Origin: Clostridiales bacterium
GTDB taxonomy: Bacteria > Bacillota > Clostridia > DSM-8532
Assembly (NCBI GenBank): GCA_036729925.1
Contig: DAIMRG010000040.1
Location: 1-24,000 of the forward strand
Direction of reading: 5' to 3'
DNA length: 24,000 nucleotides
The position numbers and the translations under genes were made by a program. Positions 1-7,943 of the stretch are shown piece after piece (within the stretch, counting starts at the first letter, position 1; the number at the start of each line of letters is the position of its first letter). The notes beneath the pieces are model-generated. The model worked only from the letters and a program-made list of their open reading frames with translations. It did not search any database and was not told the origin of the DNA.

Positions 1-149
1 GGATAAATAAGTATCTCTGCGTCAGGGCCGCGCCTTGGCGCATTTTTTTGACCGGGGAACGGCCGGGTTAGGCCACCCGATAGAACTCTGGGTGTTCACT
101 CCGGCAGTGCGTCATGGCGGGTTGCGGCCTGCCGCGGCCGCTCCCCTCC

Positions 150-281
150 CTGCTACACAAAGGCATAGACATTAGCATTATTTCAAAAAGGATGGGGCAT
201 TCCAGTATTAAAATGACTTATGCTACTTATTGCCCTGTACCGCCGGGCCAACAAGAGTTAGCAATGTCAGAGTCCAGCTAA
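150..281 (+). pseudogene. Tyrosine recombinase (integrase) C-terminal fragment
   Basis: The frame ending at TAA 279-281 reads LLHKGIDISIISKRMGHSSIKMTYATYCPV. This matches the conserved LGHSSIxxTxxxY(catalytic Tyr) tail of phage-type integrases. There is no start codon, and the upstream region (about 95-149) only continues weakly in another frame (FTPAVRH). It is too short for the ORF track. Confidence 0.5.
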
Positions 282-332
282 CTAAAGTCAAGTAAAAAGT
301 TAAAAAAAACTTTCTAAGTAAAATGGGCATGC

Positions 333-380
333 AAAGCAGTCCTTTCAAAATAACGAACATTTAATTGAAAGGACTGCTTT
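333..380. repeat. 16-bp perfect inverted repeat (hairpin, 16-nt loop)
   Basis: aaagcagtcctttcaa (333-348) is the exact reverse complement of ttgaaaggactgcttt (365-380). It lies just beyond the stop of the IS110-like remnant. No strong U-tract follows on either strand, so it may be an IS-end structure rather than a terminator. Confidence 0.7.
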
Positions 381-391
381 ATAATTCAGTT

Positions 392-697
392 TTATGCAGC
401 TAACTTATATGTAGCCTTATATCGCTTTTCTTGTTCTTCTGGCGTGATGAATTCAAATGGTTTGCCGTGTTTTAAAACTGAATACACAATCCTTAACAGC
501 TTATTCATAACCGCGCCTAAAGCCTGCTTTTTTGCTTTCGTTTGAACCTTAGTCTGATAGTATGTATGTAAAATAGGGTTTACCAAAGTGCCCTTTGCAC
601 TTTGGCGAATGACAAGGGTAGCGGCATATATAATGCTTTTATTATGAATGCGTCCGAAATATGCACTTGCGATTTTAAGGCGTTTTAGCCAAAATTC
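392..697 (-). pseudogene. IS110-family transposase, C-terminal remnant
   Basis: The open frame from stop 698-700 down to 392 reads ...LKIASAYFGRIHNKSIIYAATLVIRQSAKGTLVNPILHTYYQTKVQTKAKKQALGAVMNKLLRIVYSVL... This resembles the IS110/IS116/IS902 C-terminal domain (laSYaGl...ISKrGn..lR...a..a.r..p.l..fY.....gk..KvAlvAvarKLl). It has no ATG, the listed start is TTG, and only about 100 of an expected 340 or more aa remain. Confidence 0.6.
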
Positions 698-791
698 TTA
701 TTCCTAAAAACATCACTCAAGTTGAAGCTATGAAGTTGGGGGATTTTGTAAAAACATTATATTTCGAATTCTCTTGCAAAAGGTAATGTCA

Positions 792-828
792 AAAAACCGT
801 CACATTGACTCAATTAATGACGGTTTTT
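792..828. terminator. Bidirectional intrinsic terminator downstream of the EVE-nuclease gene
   Basis: The stem aaaaaccgtca (792-802) pairs with tgacggttttt (818-828). A and T runs flank both sides, so a U-tract follows the hairpin on either strand. Confidence 0.6.
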
Positions 829-899
829 ATCTTACAATAATCAGGACATGCGCCGACAGCAGTTTTTGCAATACCTCTCTGTCCTGGTAAGTATTTATT

Positions 900-1877
900 T
901 TATATAGCCTGTAATTCTAATCTTCCGTTTGATTCAATAATATACTGTAAGAGTTTTATTTCTTTATCTTCAAAACGCTTGCGCTGTTTCACATATTCTA
1001 TTACATCAGTATCAAATCGTTTGGCTATGGCACTGACCCGTACCATATTCATGTCACCTTGGACTTTTTTATGAATAAACCACGATTCGTAACCCATCAA
1101 TTGACGGAGAGCTTTGTCATCAAAACGATCCAACTTCACTTCAATGATATCATAGGACATAGTTTGTTGAGCATTATGAGGATTCCCAAAAAATAAGAGA
1201 ATATCAATTTCTGTCCCCAAGTTGGTGGGAATATAACTCAGATAGTCAGTATAGTTTCCAAAAATATCTTGATATTGCCCTTTAACAAAAGCTTCTAACA
1301 ATATTGCCATTAGTGATGCTTCATAACGTGGAAATAGATTATCGAATTTATGTATTTTATCAAACAAATTAGCAGGCTTAACAGGGTATGGTTCCAATAT
1401 AACATTCCGGTTAACTGTAAAAGGATTAATCTTAAGATATTCCTGCAATATAATGTCAAACTCTAAATTGGAAATAGAAAACATAGCGTTGGTGCCACTT
1501 GCCCTATTAAGAGCAAAAGTCCAAATCTTACCGGAATTTCGTAGATCAAAAATATCATTCAACCGTAATGGTTTTTCAAAACTAAATTTCGTACTTTCCA
1601 ACCGAAAACGGAAAGGGTATATTTTCTCAGACCATACGGGAGTATCATCGTAAAACGGCTGTCCTACGGCTGTCCAAATTCCGCGTAATTCTTTTACGCC
1701 CGTTACATAAAACAGGATGTAATCGCCTTCACGAATAATGGCCATTCTTGAAAGCAAGGCATCGTTAGTTGCTTGCTCGTTTTTGGAACCCGAACTCGCT
1801 TCGGGAAGACCTACAATTCCTCTTCGTGTACAAGTATGATAATTCTCATCATCAAGTACAAAGATATGTGCTGGCAT
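900..1877 (-). CDS. EVE/PUA-like domain fused to a PD-(D/E)xK (NucS/DUF91-like) nuclease; candidate modification-dependent restriction enzyme
   Basis: 325-aa ORF with ATG preceded by ggggagaag. The N-terminal half has an EVE-like pattern (GDYILFYVTGVKELRGIWTAVGQPFYDDTPVW...YPFRFRLE...PLRLNDI). The C-terminal half has ordered nuclease motifs: E (RYEASL), D (TEIDILLF), ExK (DIIEVKLD) and QxxxY (RQLMGYESW). A terminator lies at 792-828. Confidence 0.6.
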   Translation of the reverse strand: MPAHIFVLDDENYHTCTRRGIVGLPEASSGSKNEQATNDALLSRMAIIREGDYILFYVTGVKELRGIWTAVGQPFYDDTPVWSEKIYPFRFRLESTKFSFEKPLRLNDIFDLRNSGKIWTFALNRASGTNAMFSISNLEFDIILQEYLKINPFTVNRNVILEPYPVKPANLFDKIHKFDNLFPRYEASLMAILLEAFVKGQYQDIFGNYTDYLSYIPTNLGTEIDILLFFGNPHNAQQTMSYDIIEVKLDRFDDKALRQLMGYESWFIHKKVQGDMNMVRVSAIAKRFDTDVIEYVKQRKRFEDKEIKLLQYIIESNGRLELQAI

Positions 1878-2307
1878 ATTCTTCTCCCCACTAGTAATAT
1901 GCGGTCAATTAATACTATTGTTCAACATCTCCCAGGAATATTATATAATAATTTTTAATTGACCTATACTACTATTACTCCGTTAATTTAATATTCAAAT
2001 TTAGGCAGATATTGAGCATTCTCATTCTAAAAAATCTTCTAAGGCATCTCCAGTGTCTAAACAGTTAAAATTATTTACAATTGCAACCACAGGAAAATCA
2101 ATCGATCACAATTTAAAGTTAGGAAAACGCTGATAATGACTTAGCATCGCAGAAATATGTAGTTTTGAAGTTTAAAAAGAATATATACAAATTGAATTTG
2201 GAGGCTTTTTGTTTCCTGAAACGTTACCCCAAAGCAAATGCACGAAGCTGGGATGATCGAATAAAGCTGACCTTTGACAGGCTTATCAAACAAAACATGA
2301 ACTGATC

Positions 2308-3018
2308 CTATTCCTCCATATGATCCAGCATCTGCTCATTCAGATTGTCCTTAACAGTCCGCCAGTTTGGGTAGAAGTTGTCCATGTACGCCCTAAAGAT
2401 GTCGTTGTGGCTTTTCTCCAACAAATGCACAAGTTCATGGATAACCACATATTCAAGAGATTCAGGCGTTTTCTTTGCCAATTGTAGATTAAGCCATATT
2501 CTTTTTGCTTTAACATTGCATGTACCCCATTTGGTACGCATGTTTTTTATTTGCCATTCACTTGCTTTTATCCCTACAAGTTTTTCAGATTTTTCAACTA
2601 CCGCGGGAATTGCATTTTTCAATATCTCACGATACCAATTATCCATGACATTGGCACGCTGCTGCGTGGTACTATCCCTGCGAACCTGAAGGATAATCTT
2701 CTGGCCGGAAACAGATACATCATTACGGATATTACTGTGTACCACATCTAAACGGTAACGCCTTCCCCATAGATAATGGCTTTCGCCGCTCATGTACTTG
2801 CGTTCGGTTTGCCTAGGTTGTTCAGCGAACTTTTGCCGCTGCTTTTTAATCCACACAATCCGCGATACGGCAAACATTCTGATTGCATCTTCCGTGGCCG
2901 ACAAGGGGGCAGTTATCCGAACCTTCCCATCAGGAGGAATCACCCTAATATACATATTTTTAATCAGTTTTTTTTCAGCGGTCATCTCAATTCCGTTAAC
3001 TGTTAAATTTATCATCAA
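2308..3018 (-). CDS. DUF45/YgjP-like HExxH zinc metallopeptidase (type I RM-associated)
   Basis: 236-aa ORF with the motif VVIHELVHLLEKSHNDIF (HExxH...H) near the C-terminus and the typical RMRTKWGTC segment. Its start overlaps the hsdR stop (3015-3018), which suggests translational coupling. Confidence 0.8.
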   Translation of the reverse strand: MMINLTVNGIEMTAEKKLIKNMYIRVIPPDGKVRITAPLSATEDAIRMFAVSRIVWIKKQRQKFAEQPRQTERKYMSGESHYLWGRRYRLDVVHSNIRNDVSVSGQKIILQVRRDSTTQQRANVMDNWYREILKNAIPAVVEKSEKLVGIKASEWQIKNMRTKWGTCNVKAKRIWLNLQLAKKTPESLEYVVIHELVHLLEKSHNDIFRAYMDNFYPNWRTVKDNLNEQMLDHMEE

Positions 3019-6000
3019 TATTCACTCTGCCCAATTACTATTTTCATAAGTTCTTTAGCCTTAACTTTATCACCATGCAGAACTGCTTCTACCGCACGCC
3101 GTATCTTACGTTCTTTCACAATATTCCCTCTAAAGCCATCTAACCGCGCATCAAGCACAGCGTTGTGTACGCTTATTGCAATTTCTTCATTACTATCCAG
3201 GTTATCAAAAAGCGCCCGCAGTGCCGCACTCGCCCTTATACTTTCAGGGTATCGTGATGTGCTTTCCGGTTTTCGGATGTCTTTCGCCAGCTCTACAATT
3301 TTCTTGAGGTATTCTTCGTAGTTAATAACCTCATTTTTTCGCTGCTCAATAATTTCTCGCAATAACGCCGACATCTTTTCATAGTATTTAGGATTGCTTT
3401 GTTGTTTTTCAACAATTTCTTTCTGTACATTGTTTTCAATGGTTTCGGCTACAGCTTCTTGCTCCTTCTTTGTTTTTGACGGCATATCTTTCACAGCGTC
3501 AACGCCGCACTCAACAAGAAGCTGCACCAGGGGAATATCGCCGAATGAAGACAATACTCTGCTTGGTTTTGCAGAAAGATAAGTATCTATCAAGTGCCTC
3601 ATATCGGGGTCATATCCCTTCAGATCGATATAATCACCGCTGGCCGCACGCACCACATCACGCACTTTAATGAAATACTGTACTTCTTGATCAAGGGCTT
3701 TAATTTGCTCAGAGGTATATGCATATCTTTCCTTTAATTCACCAGATACCTCTGAAAAAGAACGCATGACTGCAGCAGAGAGCTCATAGAGTTGTTCGCG
3801 TTTTGGCATGTTTTCTTCAAGCTCATCCAAATCAAATGCCTCAGAATTTTTTCCGCAAAAATAATGAATATAGTCAATATCTTCTTTTGGTATTGCGACC
3901 GGCTCACAAAGGGCACGCAGTGCCTCCAGGGCATCTTCTAATTGTTCTTTCGCCTTGTCAATGCGGTTGTTGAGCAGACCCGATACGTCTTCCTGATCAT
4001 AATTGTCAAAGGCTTCGGAGGTATAGTCCTCCACCGCTTTTTCAAGAGAACGGAACAAGTCTTTATAATCGATAATATAGCCGAAATCCTTGTCTTCGCC
4101 ATCCAAGCGATTGACGCGGCAAATTGCCTGAAACAGACCGTGGTCGCGCATGGATTTATCGATGTAGAGATAGGTCGTCGGTGGCGCATCAAAACCGGTC
4201 AGCAACTTATCCACCACAATGAGCAGTTTCATCTGGTCCGGCTGTTCAACAAACTTTTGTTTTACTTCCGCTTCAAAGGTATCCGCATCCTTGTCACCCA
4301 ACATCTTGCGATAGATTTCATATTGTTCGGCGGTTTCGGTTTCACCATCCTCGCCAACAGTTTCCGTTCTCAAATCGCTGGGATTGGGCGAATAGGATGT
4401 TACAATCGCACACTTCTTAAAACCGCTGTCCTGAAAAATCTCATAGTATTTGCAGGCTTGATAGATACTGCCAGCCACCAGCATGGCGTTGCCCCGCCCA
4501 TCCTCACGCAGGCGCGGTTTGGTTTCCATATCAAATATAATATCAGATGCAATGACGCCAAGTCGTGCTTTGGAACTAAATACTTTTTGTAAGTTTCAAA
4601 GCACGACTTGGCGTCATTACTAAATTCTTTTTGTAAGTTTCCCCATCGCTTTTTAAGCCGTGCTTTGGACACATCATTTAGCCCGCGCGTTTTCGACTCG
4701 AACCACGCATCAATTTTTTCCTGCGCAGCAACATCCTGCTCCACTTCGCGTGCCTCATAACGCAGATCAAGAACAACCTTATCCCGCACAGCCTCATCAA
4801 ACTTGTATTTATGGATATAAGGTCCGAAAATTTCCAGACTGGTCAACTTGTCTTTTTTCATCAACGGCGTGCCTGTAAAACCGATAAAGGTGGCACCCGG
4901 CAGGATGATGTTCATTGCTTTATGTAGCCGGCCGGATTGTGTGCGGTGGCACTCATCAACAAATACATAGAAATCGCCTTTGGGTGAAAAATTCTGCGGC
5001 AGCGCGCGCTTTATTTCCCCGATAAAACTCTCGTAGTCACGTTCAGATGCCTCGCCGCCTCGCCTGCCAAATTTATGAATCAGCGAGCACATTAGCGGTG
5101 GGGATGTATCATTGATTTTATTGACTAGATCACATCCACTTTTTGTGCGGACGATCTTTTCGTCCACACCCTTGTAAACCCGTTCGATTTGGGTGTCCAG
5201 CTCGTCGCGGTCGGTCACAACCAAAATCCGGCTGTCCGGTATGTTTTCTTTGACCCACCTACTGAGCCACACCATTGTAAGCGACTTGCCGGAGCCCTGC
5301 GTATGCCAAATAATACCGCCCTCACGCTGCCGGATATAATCCTGTGCTGCCTTGACACCAAAAAACTGGTTGGGGCGACAGGTCTTTTTCGTGCCGCTAT
5401 CGTAGACAATAAAATTATGTAAGATATCAACAAAACGCTCTTTGCTGCAAAGGGAAATCAGGTTTTTATCCAGTTTAATCGGGTATTCTTCATTTCGCTT
5501 TCGAATAGATACGGATGCCTCATCCGTCGCATTTTCATCTTCGCGCCATGAGAGAAAATATTTTTCGGGTGTATCGGTTACGCCGTACCGCATCCCTTCG
5601 GAGTCATTGCCTGCCATGATCAGGCCCACTGTGGCAAAAAACGGCAGGATAAACTCTTTGCGCTGGTTAGTGAGGTTTTGGCGTATCCCTTCGGACATGG
5701 ATACCGTGCTGCGTTTTAGTTCAATCACACCAAAGGCGATGCCGTTGATATAGAGCACTAAATCCGGGCGTTTTGATTGCTTGCCGGTATAGGTAACTTC
5801 CTCGGCTATGTAAAAATCATTCTCAAGGGGCTTGTCCCAATTGATAAAATGAACCGTGTTTGTATGCTGTCCAACACTTTCACTGACTTTTGCACCATAA
5901 CGAAGCAAGGCATAGGTGGCTTTGTTGAGATCGTACAGACTGACCTGCTGATTACCTGCTGTATTGAGAAGCACCCGGAGCGCTCTGTCGATTAGAATAT

Positions 6001-6163
6001 TGGAATATCCCTGTTTTTGTAAAAAACCGCGCAGATATTCCTGCTCGATGTTGGAGTTATCTGGACGGTTGGTAAAATCACCGAGATAAATATATCCCAG
6101 CTCATTCACAAAGAGTTTAATGATCCGCTCCTGTATCTTTTTCTCTCTTTCACCGACACTCAT
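3015..6163 (-). pseudogene. hsdR: Type I restriction enzyme R subunit (HsdR), split by a 44-bp frameshifting insertion
   Basis: - The upstream ORF (4400-6163) has the N-terminal PD-ExK nuclease motif (PDLVLYINGIAFGVIELKRS), helicase motif I (HTQGSGKSLTM) and motif II (VFVDECHRTQSG).
- The downstream ORF (3015-4529) starts inside the conserved ...DIIFDMETKPRLREDGRGNAMLVAGSIYQACKYYEIF segment and carries the helicase C-terminal half.
- Removing 44 nt leaves 3105 nt, which is 1035 codons, and brings the two frames into register. Confidence 0.85.
4551..4640. repeat. Quasi-palindromic duplication inside hsdR (22-bp inverted pair plus 22-bp direct pair)
   Basis: - aatgacgccaagtcgtgctttg (4551-4572) is the exact reverse complement of caaagcacgacttggcgtcatt (4597-4618).
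- actaaatactttttgtaagttt (4575-4596) is repeated as actaaattctttttgtaagttt (4619-4640), matching at 21 of 22 positions. Confidence 0.9.
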
Positions 6164-6194
6164 AATATAACCCCCACACTGATGCTTTTACCTA

Positions 6195-7943
6195 TTAACC
6201 AAAAAGCTCCCTACTTTCAACAATTGCTTGCCTGATTGCCTCGTCTGTAAAACAGTCCTTTTTCAGCTTTGATGCCCACTCCTTGTTGGAGCGGATCACT
6301 TCCTTAATGGAATCCAAGGATACCTCCTCGCCGGACTTATCCAGCTCACAAACAGCCACATCCACCGTGGCAAGAACTTCTAAATTGTTTTTCTCTTTGT
6401 ATGTGTTATAATACTTGAATTTTTCATACAGCCAATCGATATTCGATTGCATGCTTCCAACATACTTTAAAGCCTCGTCAATATTCGCGCCCCTGCCGAA
6501 TTTTGAACCTCTATCGCTGCTTTGCCGGACTATATACCTGTTCTTGAAAGCGATGGCCTCGCCTCCCTTGTAGCGAGCTGCCTCGTTATACGGCCCTGCC
6601 GCCTTTTTTTTAAAAGCGGACACATCAGCATGCTGCTTGCGGCGCAAGAGATAGAGAAGCTTTTGCACCTTCACACGCCCAAGCGGGAATTTGTCGTTAT
6701 AAAATGTATTGACGATAGCGGAAATAGCAATGGCATCATCATAATATTTGTTGTGGCCAGTTGACACGACTTTAGGCTTGGCAGCAGTTTTAGTCTGTAC
6801 GGTTGGCTCAACAAGCCGTATTCGCCCCGTGAGCAACTCCTGCAGAATGCCTTGCTTGATAAGACGATATTTAGCCCGCTTTTTCTCAAGCTGCTCGAGT
6901 TCGGCGTCCATATCAGAAAGAATGGCGGCGATGGCAGTTTGTTCTTGATAGTCTGGCAACTCCACTTCGATTTTTTCTATCAGATTAGCACTCAGGCTCG
7001 GAACACCAGACGCTTCATTGTATTGTAGCCAATCAATCATACAAAACAAATAATAGAGATATTTCGCATGGTATCCATTATTAACTTTAGTGTAGAACAG
7101 AGTATCAATTGTCCAAAATGGTGTATCCATATATTGTGGCTTATCTATTGTACCTTTTCTTCCAATTAACACCGTTGGTTTATTCCATATAAATTGATTT
7201 GTGCGCCCGATAATGCCACCAGTAGCAAGTATAGGATATTTTCCGGTTTCATCAACAACGCTATTTTGAGATTGACCGTGTCCTACAGACAACGCTCTGC
7301 CTAAAGGAGCAACACACCACTCCCCACTAAACCCCGGCAAGCGTCTTTTCCCTGTGAGCAGTCCCTGCATCGCCCCCTGCTTTATAGCCTTTTTCTTCGC
7401 AATTAGCTTTTCCAGGGAGATAATCAGGCTGTCAACATCGGTAAGGGCTTCGGCAATAGCTGCTTGTTCATCTTTTTCAGGCAAGGGAATCTCGATTGCT
7501 GATAATTGACGTCCATTTGTTAGAGCACGCGTGGTATAAGTGCATCCTGCCATTATAGACCTGCGTACATCTGGTGTTGAAAAACAGTATTTACAGTAAT
7601 TAATATCAAATAAATCGGTTGTTGGACGCGCACGTAGAACAAAACCACTAAATACGCACTCACCAATATTATCCAGCATAACACTTGCATAGCCAACTTC
7701 TTCTGGCGTTTCAGATGTACGAGTAAAAAAAACATCTCCTTTTTTAACATCAAACCTTCTAATCTCATGTTTCGATAAAGAAACTCGACCTTTAAGCTGA
7801 CTTGCATGTATGCCGTTTCTACGATAGACATCCATATAATTTACAATAGGTATTCCATATCCAAAAAAGGATTTGCCTTTATTTAATCCATTTTTAAATT
7901 CAAAGCATTTACCAATTTTAACAACAGGCCACTTTTTCACCAC
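6195..7943 (-). CDS. hsdS: Type I RM specificity subunit (HsdS) with a roughly 200-aa C-terminal extension
   Basis: 582-aa ORF. Two variable target-recognition regions are separated by the two conserved coiled-coil repeats: EQAAIAEALTDVDSLIISLEKLIAKKKAIKQGAMQGLLTGKRRL and EQTAIAAILSDMDAELEQLEKKRAKYRLIKQGILQELLTGRIRLV. A normal HsdS ends at that point, but this one continues for about 204 aa. It overlaps hsdM by 7 nt. Confidence 0.85.
   Translation of the reverse strand: MVKKWPVVKIGKCFEFKNGLNKGKSFFGYGIPIVNYMDVYRRNGIHASQLKGRVSLSKHEIRRFDVKKGDVFFTRTSETPEEVGYASVMLDNIGECVFSGFVLRARPTTDLFDINYCKYCFSTPDVRRSIMAGCTYTTRALTNGRQLSAIEIPLPEKDEQAAIAEALTDVDSLIISLEKLIAKKKAIKQGAMQGLLTGKRRLPGFSGEWCVAPLGRALSVGHGQSQNSVVDETGKYPILATGGIIGRTNQFIWNKPTVLIGRKGTIDKPQYMDTPFWTIDTLFYTKVNNGYHAKYLYYLFCMIDWLQYNEASGVPSLSANLIEKIEVELPDYQEQTAIAAILSDMDAELEQLEKKRAKYRLIKQGILQELLTGRIRLVEPTVQTKTAAKPKVVSTGHNKYYDDAIAISAIVNTFYNDKFPLGRVKVQKLLYLLRRKQHADVSAFKKKAAGPYNEAARYKGGEAIAFKNRYIVRQSSDRGSKFGRGANIDEALKYVGSMQSNIDWLYEKFKYYNTYKEKNNLEVLATVDVAVCELDKSGEEVSLDSIKEVIRSNKEWASKLKKDCFTDEAIRQAIVESRELFG

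Noticed and set aside
1-150. The GC-rich first 150 bases, considered as the 3' end of a group II intron or another structured mobile RNA interrupting the integrase.
   Set aside because: I could not find a domain V-like sequence or the canonical intron boundary motifs. This may simply be diverged integrase coding sequence in another frame (FTPAVRH...). There is too little sequence to decide.
760-780. ttcgaattctcttgc, considered as a possible distal att repeat of the tRNA-Gly 3' end (ttcgaatctcgtcacc).
   Set aside because: It is only a partial, gapped match, and it lies on the wrong strand relative to the tRNA. This is not convincing.
2150-2305. A short plus-strand frame (...KFKKNIYKLNLEAFCFLKRYPKANARSWDDRIKLTFDRLIKQNMN*) convergent on the DUF45 gene.
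   Set aside because: It is under 60 aa, has only a TTG start and shows no recognisable family. It may be a gene fragment, but I cannot support that.
3942-4592. A 216-aa plus-strand ORF, along with many other 60-110-aa ORFs antisense to or out of frame with hsdR, hsdS, hsdM and DUF45. Examples: 2378-2689, 2776-3049, 3394-3670, 4660-4878, 5189-5753, 6522-6948 and 7964-10328.
   Set aside because: They lie entirely inside strongly supported minus-strand genes. They have low-complexity or hydrophobic nonsense composition, mostly non-ATG starts and no RBS. They are shadow ORFs.
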